From a virus (Duplodnaviria > Caudoviricetes): 35,617 nucleotides of DNA. The number at the start of each line of letters is the position of its first letter. Position 1 is the first letter of the stretch. Under the pieces are notes generated by a model. The model saw nothing but the letters and a program-made list of their open reading frames with translations, had not been told where the DNA came from and searched no databases. Where the stretch lies: the IMG/VR virus record IMGVR_UViG_3300044723_002159, positions 1 through 35,617 of that record; one strand, written 5' to 3'. Positions 1-7,337 of the stretch are shown one piece after another. The position numbers and the translations under genes were made by a program.

Positions 1-32
1 GAAATGTATATAAGAAAAGAAATAAAAGCTAA
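1..32 (+). CDS. 3' end of an upstream gene, truncated by the window edge
   Basis: Frame ...NVYKKRNKS* ends at TAA 30-32, overlapping the next ATG (TAATG coupling, common in this genome). Confidence 0.4.
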   Translation, partial: NVYKKRNKS

Positions 33-115
33 TGTTTGATGTATTATTACTACTTACAATTTTTGTAGGTATTAACTATTTAGCTTGGTATTTAATAAGC
101 AAGGAGAAAATATGA
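32..115 (+). CDS. 27-aa single-TM microprotein (MFDVLLLLTIFVGINYLAWYLISKEKI)
   Basis: Read by hand; below the ORF-track cutoff. TAATG overlap upstream, ATGA overlap downstream, hydrophobic core. Confidence 0.55.
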   Translation: MFDVLLLLTIFVGINYLAWYLISKEKI

Positions 116-387
116 CAGAAATATATGAAGTGCAAGTTTATACCAGTGAGGGTATGGAAAGCATTAAATCAGAAATACTAAAGGTTGTTGTAAAGGTAGG
201 TAATACACCACACGAGAACCACGATAACAATTTTTATTTTATTGTTGATGATAAAGGTCAAAACATAGAATACGAATTAGTAGAAAACAATCATAGAACT
301 ACAGCAGAGATGGATAAATGTTATAACTCTATAGCTAATGAAGTTTTACAGATTGGTAAAAATCATAAAAGAGAACATATAAAGTGA
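112..387 (+). CDS. hypothetical protein
   Basis: Track ORF 85..387; ATG 112 preferred because AAGGAG lies at 101-106 and it overlaps the previous stop. Confidence 0.6.
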   Translation: MTEIYEVQVYTSEGMESIKSEILKVVVKVGNTPHENHDNNFYFIVDDKGQNIEYELVENNHRTTAEMDKCYNSIANEVLQIGKNHKREHIK

Positions 388-399
388 TAATATAAAGTT

Positions 400-510
400 A
401 TGTGTATGGTAAAAGAAAAAGAAGATGGTTCTTTTGTACAGTTATGTAACTGTAAGAATGGAAGTTCTTGTTGCAAGGAAGGTGGATTAGATGAAACTAA
501 CAGTAGTTAG
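400..510 (+). CDS. 36-aa Cys-rich microprotein (MCMVKEKEDGSFVQLCNCKNGSSCCKEGGLDETNSS)
   Basis: Read by hand; fills the gap before the DUF5675 gene; five Cys. Confidence 0.5.
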   Translation: MCMVKEKEDGSFVQLCNCKNGSSCCKEGGLDETNSS

Positions 511-1081
511 AACCCAGTTTGGTACAGATGCAACCAATGGGTTGCTATTTATAGATGGTATCTTTGAATGCTACACATTAGAAGACCAGTATCAAGCAGT
601 AAAAGTTATGCACGAAACTTGCATACCTGAAGGCACATACGATATAAAGTTTAGAAAGACAGGTGGCTTTCATGCTAAGTATTCAGAGAGATACAAGAAC
701 GCACACTATGGTATGTTACACATACAAGATGTGCCTAACTTTACCTATATTCTTATACACACTGGTAACACTGATGAACATACATCAGGTTGTTTAATTG
801 TTGGAGAAACTCAACAAGATTTAGAAGTTTCTAAGGATGGGTTTATCGGCAGCAGCACTGTGGCATACAAAAAAATGTATGCAAAAGTGGCAGGTCAATT
901 ACTACAAGGTAAACCAGTCAGTATTGAATACACAACAATAAATAAATTGTTAGATAAAGATACAGACAATGCAAGTAAAGACCACACAGTTTTAGCTACC
1001 ACAGTTTATGATAAATTGCAGGAAATAAATGGAAATGTTTTAACAATTAAATCAAAACTTAGTGGAAGGGTAATACAATAG
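491..1081 (+). CDS. DUF5675-family protein; putative endolysin with a YkuD/L,D-transpeptidase-like His/Cys motif
   Basis: Motifs YTLED, CIPEGTY and ILIHTGN...SGCLIVG; directly upstream of the holin. Confidence 0.75.
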   Translation: MKLTVVRTQFGTDATNGLLFIDGIFECYTLEDQYQAVKVMHETCIPEGTYDIKFRKTGGFHAKYSERYKNAHYGMLHIQDVPNFTYILIHTGNTDEHTSGCLIVGETQQDLEVSKDGFIGSSTVAYKKMYAKVAGQLLQGKPVSIEYTTINKLLDKDTDNASKDHTVLATTVYDKLQEINGNVLTIKSKLSGRVIQ

Positions 1082-1371
1082 TGTCAGATTTATTTGAAAA
1101 AAATAATAGAAGAAGAAACCAAGAGGGTAAGTTCAAGAAGGACTTATGGTGGACTCCTTGGAATGATGCATGGAGTTATAAAATGAGTGAAGAACTTAAA
1201 GATATGCTTGAAAGAACTTTTTGGACTTTCGTTGAAGCATTTCTTGGTGCGTTAGTCGTTGCCCCATTGGTATCTGTAGATGCCGATACTGTGCAACTTG
1301 CTGCTTTAGCAGGTGGTGGTGCTGCTTTAGCTGTGGTAAAGACATACGCAAAAAAACAAATATCTAAATAA
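1081..1371 (+). CDS. holin, r1t-like; second in-frame start at 1183
   Basis: KDMLERTFWTFVEAFLGAL...AALAVVKT pattern, two hydrophobic segments, basic C-terminus, next to the putative lysin. Confidence 0.75.
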   Translation: MSDLFEKNNRRRNQEGKFKKDLWWTPWNDAWSYKMSEELKDMLERTFWTFVEAFLGALVVAPLVSVDADTVQLAALAGGGAALAVVKTYAKKQISK

Positions 1372-1380
1372 CACAGTAAA

Positions 1381-1419
1381 TACTATTCTCCTGTATACTT
1401 ATATTGACAGGAGATAGTA
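1381..1419 (+). promoter_or_regulatory. SD-sequestering hairpin with an embedded -10 element (TATACT 1394-1399)
   Basis: TACTATTCTCCTGT (1381-1394) pairs with ACAGGAGATAGTA (1407-1419) with one bulge; AGGAG at 1409-1413. Confidence 0.6.
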
Positions 1420-2597
1420 TTACACATAAAAAACCTATACCTGAAGAGTGGGGTAATAATTTTTATAAATCAGGATGGCAACCTGGACTAGAAGTAAACG
1501 AACAAACTGGTCTTGGTGAGATAACACACGTAGGAACAGACCCTAATTACAGAAATAAGTTTGATACTATCCTGCGTGATTGGGGTTTTGACCCTAAATT
1601 ATACTACATTGAGGGGTCAGTACGTGCATCTTCATGGAATGTACAACTAAAAGGTGGCACAACAGAAACATTTTACGCATTTAAAGGCGTTGTACGTAAG
1701 AAAAATCCTGGACACGACAAGTATTTTCAAGAATTATTTAAACAAGCTAAGAAAAAACCACCAATTAAAAAGAAAACACTAGGTGGAGATACAGCATTCT
1801 TATTTTTTATGGCAGATTGGCAACTAGGTAAGCGTGACTTTGGCGTAGAGAATACAATAAAACGTTATGATGTAGCACTACAAGATGCAGTAAATAGGAT
1901 AAAAGACTTACGTAAACTTGGTGTGAATATAGATGAGATTTATATGATAGGACTAGGTGACTTGACAGAAAACTGTACTGCAGCTTTTTATGATAGCCAA
2001 CCTTTCAATGTAGAACTCTCACTTATTGAACAATATGCACTAGCTAGGTCAATGATTATGAAAACAATAGACACATTCTTACCTTTAGCAGATAAGTTAG
2101 TTCTTGCAGGTTGTCCAGGAAATCATGGTGAAATGTCTAGGTCCAGTAAAGGTCAGGTATATACAAACAGATTAGATAACAGTGACACAATGCACTTACA
2201 AATTTGTCAAGAAATTATGAGTGCAAACAAACAAAGGTATAAGTCAGTTAAGGTAGAAATACCTGATGGTTTTCACCAAGTATTAGATATAAAGGGTAAG
2301 ACTTGTGGGTGGACACATGGTCATATGACAGGTGGAAGTGGTAATCCTGAAAACAAAATAGAAAATTGGTGGAAGGGTCAGATGTATGGACACCTACCTG
2401 CAGGTAATTGTGAGATACTTATTACAGGTCACTACCACCATTTTCGTAGTAAACAACAAGGCAATCGTACTTGGTTTCAATCACCTAGCTTAGACAAAAG
2501 CATAGACTTTACAGAACGCAGTGGGTTGTGGTCGCATCCTGCTGTTCTCACTTTCACAGTTAACAAAAAAGGTTGGGATAATTTAAAAATACTTTAA
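1404..2597 (+). CDS. calcineurin-like metallophosphoesterase (actinophage MRE11/exonuclease-like); true start uncertain
   Basis: Ordered motifs ADWQLGK, GLGDLTE, PGNHG, THGH, TGHYHH. Confidence 0.85.
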   Translation: MTGDSITHKKPIPEEWGNNFYKSGWQPGLEVNEQTGLGEITHVGTDPNYRNKFDTILRDWGFDPKLYYIEGSVRASSWNVQLKGGTTETFYAFKGVVRKKNPGHDKYFQELFKQAKKKPPIKKKTLGGDTAFLFFMADWQLGKRDFGVENTIKRYDVALQDAVNRIKDLRKLGVNIDEIYMIGLGDLTENCTAAFYDSQPFNVELSLIEQYALARSMIMKTIDTFLPLADKLVLAGCPGNHGEMSRSSKGQVYTNRLDNSDTMHLQICQEIMSANKQRYKSVKVEIPDGFHQVLDIKGKTCGWTHGHMTGGSGNPENKIENWWKGQMYGHLPAGNCEILITGHYHHFRSKQQGNRTWFQSPSLDKSIDFTERSGLWSHPAVLTFTVNKKGWDNLKIL

Positions 2598-2659
2598 AGA
2601 CCTAGCTCACAATACAAACAAGTCTTGCGATACTGAAGGTCATGCTTCTTACAAATCAC
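2594..2659 (-). CDS. 21-aa CxxH/CxxC microprotein (MICKKHDLQYRKTCLYCELGL)
   Basis: Read by hand. GTG start overlaps the upstream TGA (GTGA); its stop overlaps the convergent stop of the phosphoesterase. Confidence 0.5.
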   Translation of the reverse strand: MICKKHDLQYRKTCLYCELGL

Positions 2660-2865
2660 TCTTCTTCTTGCTTCTCTATTTCATTAACAATCTTTATTGT
2701 GTTTTCATTGTGGTCTGATACAAACTCATCCATTAATTCTCTAATTCTTTGTGGGTTTGTTTTGGTAAGCATAATAGATTTCTCTACCTTTTGACCACCA
2801 CAGGCATTTGCTAACTTTATTGCCCATGTCTTTAATGTTTTAGGGTCATCAAATATATTAGCCAT
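2656..2865 (-). CDS. hypothetical protein
   Basis: Track ORF, TAATG-coupled within the minus-strand operon. Confidence 0.7.
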   Translation of the reverse strand: MANIFDDPKTLKTWAIKLANACGGQKVEKSIMLTKTNPQRIRELMDEFVSDHNENTIKIVNEIEKQEEE

Positions 2866-3170
2866 TAAAATATTCCTTTCTTTGCTAATTCTTTTTCTTC
2901 TTTAGTTTTAATTATTGCATTACAAGTAATGATTGTATGTGCGTATGGGTTGTTTTCATCAGCTAACTTTATTTGCTTAATGCAAAAATCATTACCATTA
3001 GTGTCAGTTGCATACTCTAAATGTTTTGATACAGGGCATACACCTGTTGTGCTTTTCTTACATCTTTTATCTAATGGTGCAGGTTGGCTAAAATCGTGAT
3101 TAGGAAAACGTTTCTGTAATCTTTCAACCAACCTTTGCACATTGATACTAGCTTGTTCTAGCTCTTCCAT
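2865..3170 (-). CDS. hypothetical protein with four Cys, possibly Zn-binding
   Basis: Track ORF, TAATG-coupled on both sides. Confidence 0.7.
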   Translation of the reverse strand: MEELEQASINVQRLVERLQKRFPNHDFSQPAPLDKRCKKSTTGVCPVSKHLEYATDTNGNDFCIKQIKLADENNPYAHTIITCNAIIKTKEEKELAKKGIF

Positions 3171-4066
3171 TACTTAACCTTATCGTTCCAGTTAGATATG
3201 ATTTCACTAGCAGTTTCTCCATTAATATCGCCACCATTGTATAGTTTCTTAAGTTCTGCAAGTCCATCAATGTTCTTGTCAGTAGCTTTAGCAACTATAT
3301 CCTTACACCATTTAAGTTGTGCTTCGGTAGCAGGATTGCTTTTCCACTCATCACCCATGTCATCACCTCCTTTATTAGTAATATCTTCTGTTACAAAGAC
3401 TTCGTTAAGGTCACCTAAACCTTTGTCTTTCTCTACAAGTTTATGGAATACATCAAGAAACGTACTCATCTGTTCGTTATCCCAATCTTCTACTTCTTCG
3501 GGCAGTTTAAGTTCGCTTACACATTCAACGTATGCATCTCTTTGATACTCTTTTAATTTCTCTGCATCAGATACAGTTGCCGACATAAGTTGTTTAAGTG
3601 CAGATGCATTGTTCTTTTTCTTTGGCTCTGCAACCATTTCATCAACAACTTTGTTCATCTGTTCTTTCTCTTCCTTAGTAGGTCTTTGCACTCTCTTTTT
3701 CTCTACCTTAACTCTATCATCTTGGTTACCTACCTTAGACATTTCCTCTCTACTAGGTCTTGGTTTAGTGCTACCTTGATACAACCAGTTAGCTAAAGCT
3801 CTACCAATAGCAGATGTTTCACAGTTCTCTACCCATGCATCTTTATTAGCAAAGCCACCTTGCCCTTTAGTTTCTTGTGCTATACCTGTAGTAACTGGTC
3901 TTGCATCTACTTCCATTTTATATATCTCGGCTCTCACAGTTACGCAAGTTCCATCATCAGTCATATGCACTATCTCTGTATTAATTCTTGCTTTTGGATT
4001 GTCTTTCCAAAATGCTTTTAGTCTATCTTCTACTGTTTCGTAATTATCTAAATTAAAATTAGCCAT
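3170..4066 (-). CDS. single-strand annealing protein / recombinase (Rad52/Sak-like)
   Basis: N-terminal NLDNYETVEDRL..FW and ENCETSAIGRALA motifs; C-terminal PATEAQL helical module. Confidence 0.65.
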   Translation of the reverse strand: MANFNLDNYETVEDRLKAFWKDNPKARINTEIVHMTDDGTCVTVRAEIYKMEVDARPVTTGIAQETKGQGGFANKDAWVENCETSAIGRALANWLYQGSTKPRPSREEMSKVGNQDDRVKVEKKRVQRPTKEEKEQMNKVVDEMVAEPKKKNNASALKQLMSATVSDAEKLKEYQRDAYVECVSELKLPEEVEDWDNEQMSTFLDVFHKLVEKDKGLGDLNEVFVTEDITNKGGDDMGDEWKSNPATEAQLKWCKDIVAKATDKNIDGLAELKKLYNGGDINGETASEIISNWNDKVK

Positions 4067-4263
4067 TACTCTCCTCCCTCAATTATTTTATAAACTCTCT
4101 GTCTTGAAAGTTTAAGTAACTTAGCAATCTCTTGTATTGACAATTCATTTCTCATCATTTTAATAGTTGCTAATCTTGTTTTTCTAAATGCACGTGTTTG
4201 TTTGTTAAGGTAATCTTCCTCATCTAACAATGCTTGTGCTAGTCTTTTCCAGTTATCCTGCAT
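4066..4263 (-). CDS. HTH DNA-binding protein (sigma region 4-like)
   Basis: LSIQEIAKLLKLSRQRVYKII helix-turn-helix signature. Confidence 0.8.
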   Translation of the reverse strand: MQDNWKRLAQALLDEEDYLNKQTRAFRKTRLATIKMMRNELSIQEIAKLLKLSRQRVYKIIEGGE

Positions 4264-4610
4264 TACTCTTCCTCATCTTTGCTAAATGCTTTCATTAACA
4301 TATCAGCAATACTTTTTTTAGTTCTCTGTCTTTGTTCCTCTAACATAACAAGCATCTGTTGTAACTCATTAAGATTTACAATGCTATCAAATGTTTTCTT
4401 GGTATGAACAGTTGTTAATTTAATGTGGTATATATCTCCCCATGTCAAATAGATTTCTCCCTCTGCATTAGGTAACATAAACTTAATACCACCACGTTCT
4501 TTATCTAATCTTTCTGTTATCCACTCGTTTATATCTATGTCTTGATTGTTTATAATTTTAAGTAATCCATTATAGCCATAGTCAGTGTCAGATAATTGTG
4601 GTTTGCTCAT
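4263..4610 (-). CDS. hypothetical protein with C-terminal coiled coil
   Basis: Track ORF with AGAAAGGA RBS; coupled to the next gene. Confidence 0.7.
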   Translation of the reverse strand: MSKPQLSDTDYGYNGLLKIINNQDIDINEWITERLDKERGGIKFMLPNAEGEIYLTWGDIYHIKLTTVHTKKTFDSIVNLNELQQMLVMLEEQRQRTKKSIADMLMKAFSKDEEE

Positions 4611-4887
4611 AGCTTATTCCTTTCTTTGCCTGCTCTAAAATCTCCTGTGGTGTTAGCAATAACTTATAAAAGAACTCATTGTTTTTTTTTATAGTTTCTA
4701 TTTCCCACAAGTCCTCACGCATATTAAATATGTGTGCAGATATTCTTGGTATGCGAAAGTCATAAATAAAAGTGTTGCTTGATACCTTTGGCTCACTGCT
4801 CTCTCTCGCAGTTGTCAATATCCACTCAACTCTTTCACGTTGCTTTAACTTAGGCACTGGCTTATCTCTAAAGTATTGATAGTCCAT
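4588..4887 (-). CDS. winged HTH protein (HTH_39-like)
   Basis: PRISAHIFNMREDLWEIET resembles the RLxARIxDLRxxGxxIxT pattern. Confidence 0.6.
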   Translation of the reverse strand: MDYQYFRDKPVPKLKQRERVEWILTTARESSEPKVSSNTFIYDFRIPRISAHIFNMREDLWEIETIKKNNEFFYKLLLTPQEILEQAKKGISYEQTTII

Positions 4888-5204
4888 TATCTAGATACCT
4901 TTTCTCTTTCATTATCTCCATAAACACCGATTTGATACAACCATTTTAACTGTTTATCGGTAGCTTCAAATGGAACTTTCTTTGATACTGCTAATACTCT
5001 ATCATTATCCCAGTATCTATCATCTCTATACGTATCACTATCTGCTTGTGTTAATTGCCTACCAAAAAACTCATTGATAAGGTCAACATCTAATACGCTA
5101 TTGACATAATCTCTAGGATAGTAATAACTTGTGTCGTGTTCATATTCTCCTGTCCACTCTGTAAACGTAACCATTGTGTATTCTTTTTCTAATGTATTAG
5201 GCAT
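4887..5204 (-). CDS. hypothetical protein
   Basis: Track ORF, GAGGAG RBS, TAATG coupling. Confidence 0.7.
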   Translation of the reverse strand: MPNTLEKEYTMVTFTEWTGEYEHDTSYYYPRDYVNSVLDVDLINEFFGRQLTQADSDTYRDDRYWDNDRVLAVSKKVPFEATDKQLKWLYQIGVYGDNEREKVSR

Positions 5205-5380
5205 TACAACTCCTCATCTATTGGCTCATACCAAATTACAATACTGTCATTTATTTCTAGCTCATACTTAGATGTATCTGCTAGTTCCTTTTTTGTATAA
5301 GAACTTTTATATCCCCAATTAGTGTGTCCAAAATTGTCCTCTACAAAGTCATCTATGTGTTCAGTAATATCTCTGCCCAT
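5204..5380 (-). CDS. 58-aa acidic hypothetical protein (MGRDITEHIDDFVEDNFG...YEPIDEEL)
   Basis: Read by hand; exactly fills the gap, with TAATG overlaps at both ends. Confidence 0.75.
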   Translation of the reverse strand: MGRDITEHIDDFVEDNFGHTNWGYKSSYTKKELADTSKYELEINDSIVIWYEPIDEEL

Positions 5381-5577
5381 TACTGCACCTCGCTTTCTGT
5401 TGGCTTGTCATGGTTAGTAAACTTTCTGCATATTGTTATTGCACCAGTAAGAACTTCTATCTCTCTATCTAACATGTCGCTTTCATCACGTTCAGATAAA
5501 TTAGATTTAAGTTCTTTCTGTTCATCTAACCATTTGTTTAGTTCGTGTATGGCTAACAATAAAGGTGTATCGCTCAT
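5380..5577 (-). CDS. hypothetical protein
   Basis: Track ORF, TAATG-coupled. Confidence 0.7.
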   Translation of the reverse strand: MSDTPLLLAIHELNKWLDEQKELKSNLSERDESDMLDREIEVLTGAITICRKFTNHDKPTESEVQ

Positions 5578-6344
5578 TACAATACACCTCTATGTTGTAG
5601 TCGTTTGCTAATGTTCTTTGCAATACGTTTCGCACCTTGTTTGTTTGGCTCTATCTCGTTGTAATAACAAGTAGTTCCCATAAAGTTGCGTAAGTCAAGA
5701 ACATCAAACGTTTGTCCAATGTTGTCGTGTCTGTTTTGATAATCGTTAGCTAGTCTGTACAATCTGTCGTTCCACATAGAAACAATAGACTGTGCAACAT
5801 TATCAACACCATTGAAACGTTGTGGGTTATAAGCTAAGTTACCACTGTAACAAGTAAGCAATAAGAAGTATCTGTTTCTCTTGCGTAGTTGGTGCAACAT
5901 AGTTTCGTATGCAAACATGAGTTTGTCTAACTCTGTGTTCATCAATCCCATTGTCATATTGTTGTCATCAGTTACAGTTAGTAAGTTCATCTTAGCTAGT
6001 AAGTCGTTACCACCTGCACTAATTACAACGTTGTTACCAACAACTTTGCTTACATTGTCAATGCAATCATAGATAGTAAATCCATCTACACTTTGGTCGT
6101 TTATTCTCGCCATGTATGTAGGGTTTGCGTGATATTCTGCGAAGTATTCTACAGTTCCTTTACCTGTTCCTGTATATGCTTTGCAATCAATTACACTGTC
6201 GCCAATAAAAGTTATATCAGCTTTGTTGTTTACCTTTCTTTGATTAAACGTGTATGGTTTTGTAAATGAAGTTTGTACTACTGGCTCTTTGCCGAAGTCA
6301 AACTGTTCATCTATGTACCAGTTATCTTTGTCTATATCAACCAT
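5577..6344 (-). CDS. SGNH/GDSL-family hydrolase-like protein
   Basis: Block I FIGDSVID, block III SAGGNDLL, block V variant NEIEPNKQG; AGAAAGGA RBS. Confidence 0.8.
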   Translation of the reverse strand: MVDIDKDNWYIDEQFDFGKEPVVQTSFTKPYTFNQRKVNNKADITFIGDSVIDCKAYTGTGKGTVEYFAEYHANPTYMARINDQSVDGFTIYDCIDNVSKVVGNNVVISAGGNDLLAKMNLLTVTDDNNMTMGLMNTELDKLMFAYETMLHQLRKRNRYFLLLTCYSGNLAYNPQRFNGVDNVAQSIVSMWNDRLYRLANDYQNRHDNIGQTFDVLDLRNFMGTTCYYNEIEPNKQGAKRIAKNISKRLQHRGVL

Positions 6345-6366
6345 AGTTTCCTTTCTGTCAATAAGT

Positions 6367-6397
6367 ATTGTAGCATATTGTAAATATATATGTACAA
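6367..6397 (-). promoter_or_regulatory. promoter of the minus-strand operon
   Basis: Minus strand reads TG-C-TACAAT (extended -10) shortly upstream of the AGAAAGGA RBS. Confidence 0.6.
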
Positions 6398-6705
6398 AAA
6401 AAAACTATCTAGCTTTCGGTAGTTCAAAACAGGGCATTGAAAAGAACTCCTACTAACTAGATAGCTTGTAACACACAGAGAGTTGGTATCATCTTGGCTA
6501 AGTGCCTCAAAGGTTTTGTATTGTACTCTCAAATTTCAAACCTTATACCTTTATGTGCTACAAGCTACCTACACTTTCATACGTACATATGAAGTAAAGG
6601 GGCTACAGCGTGTAAGTAGCTTGAAAGATACAATTAACGTGGTCTGCAATTAGTTGTTTCGTGTCTAGGTGGTAATGAGCCACCAACCATTATTATATCT
6701 CTCAA
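6396..6705 (-). ncRNA. array of four abutting stem-loops ending in a U9 tract
   Basis: Stems span 6621-6705, 6565-6619, 6465-6564 and 6405-6464. Every apparent mismatch in the core stems is a G-U pair on the minus strand. Poly-U at 6396-6404. Confidence 0.75.
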
Positions 6706-6816
6706 AAAAGAAAGATGAAAGTTAGCGTACCAAACTGGAATTACATTGTTTATATGGTATTTCATATCACTATTGCTATTGATAGTGTTTCCAACCTTAT
6801 GCTTTCCTTTCATCAT
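6634..6816 (-). CDS. 60-aa ORF reading into the hairpin array; possible leader peptide, may be non-coding
   Basis: Strong AGAAAGGA RBS and an upstream TG-T-TAATGT element, but the 3' part overlaps structured RNA. Confidence 0.4.
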   Translation of the reverse strand: MMKGKHKVGNTINSNSDMKYHINNVIPVWYANFHLSFLRDIIMVGGSLPPRHETTNCRPR

Positions 6817-6849
6817 TTCCTTTCTACAAGTACATTAACATACTTGTAA

Positions 6850-6996
6850 TTATATGTTGTCTTTTTCTCTAACTTTTTTTTCTTTATATAATCTTACGTA
6901 ATAGTCTGTCCAACTAGCTAACCAGTTAGCAATAGTTAATGCACCTACTAGATACACAGGCAACAATAACCAAAAGTATATTTCTAATGTACTCAT
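6850..6996 (-). CDS. 48-aa single-TM protein (MSTLEIYFWLLLPVYLVGALTIANWLASWTDYYVRLYKEKKVREKDNI)
   Basis: Read by hand; GAAAGGA RBS; hydrophobic N-terminal half and charged tail. Confidence 0.75.
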   Translation of the reverse strand: MSTLEIYFWLLLPVYLVGALTIANWLASWTDYYVRLYKEKKVREKDNI

Positions 6997-7051
6997 AGTT
7001 TCCTTTCCTTTCTTACACATTACTACACTCTTAATTTTAAGTAAGCAGTTG

Positions 7052-7080
7052 TTTACATATAATCTTACATGCAGTACTCT
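7052..7080 (+). promoter_or_regulatory. early promoter
   Basis: TTTACA (7052-7057), 17-nt spacer, TACTCT (7075-7080), then a GAAAGG RBS. Confidence 0.55.
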
Positions 7081-7105
7081 TAATTATAAGAAACGAAAGG
7101 CAGAT

Positions 7106-7267
7106 ATGATTTGCACAATTTGTGGTCAGGTTATCAGGAACGTTGATGACAGGCACAATGCAGAGCCAGTAGCAAGTGGTGTGTGTTGTAACTGGTGTAA
7201 CTATTCAAGAGTTATTCCAGAGAGATTAAGAGAACATAAACACACTATCGATACAATTAATATATAG
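7106..7267 (+). CDS. small Zn-finger protein (CxxC...CCxxC)
   Basis: MICTICG...HNAEPVASGVCCNWCN...VIPER; ATG 7106 follows GAAAGG. Confidence 0.75.
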   Translation: MICTICGQVIRNVDDRHNAEPVASGVCCNWCNYSRVIPERLREHKHTIDTINI

Positions 7268-7272
7268 AAACT

Positions 7273-7333
7273 TGTAAACAATAGTTTGCATATATTGTGA
7301 GTATGCTATTGTGTTTACATCAATTAGAAAGGT
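7273..7333 (+). promoter_or_regulatory. early promoter/RBS cassette
   Basis: TTGCAT, TG-C-TATTGT and CAATTAGAAAGGT; inverted TGTAAACA/TGTTTACA pair around the promoter. Confidence 0.55.
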
Positions 7334-7337
7334 AGAA

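Noticed and set aside
3198-6456. Plus-strand track ORFs 3198-3545, 3590-3796, 5324-5611, 5881-6072 and 6250-6456
   Set aside because: They lie antisense to a tightly coupled minus-strand operon, with shadow-like composition and no RBS.
6332-6532. 66-aa minus-strand ORF
   Set aside because: It crosses hairpins H2/H1, the poly-U tract and a promoter, and has no RBS; the region is better explained as ncRNA.
6462-6623. Alternating TAGCTTG/CAAGCTA as invertase (shufflon) sites
   Set aside because: No site-specific recombinase is seen, and strand-specific G-U pairs favour RNA structure over DNA sites.
6396-6705. CRISPR, TIGR or tRNA-cluster interpretation of the hairpin array
   Set aside because: No direct repeats, constant unit length, box C/D motifs or T-loop/anticodon arms; no cas or Nop-domain gene recognised.
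6847-6862. Single partial NrdR-like site (AGACAACATATAATTA on the minus strand)
   Set aside because: Lacks the conserved G of the right half, has no partner box, and lies in AT-rich sequence.
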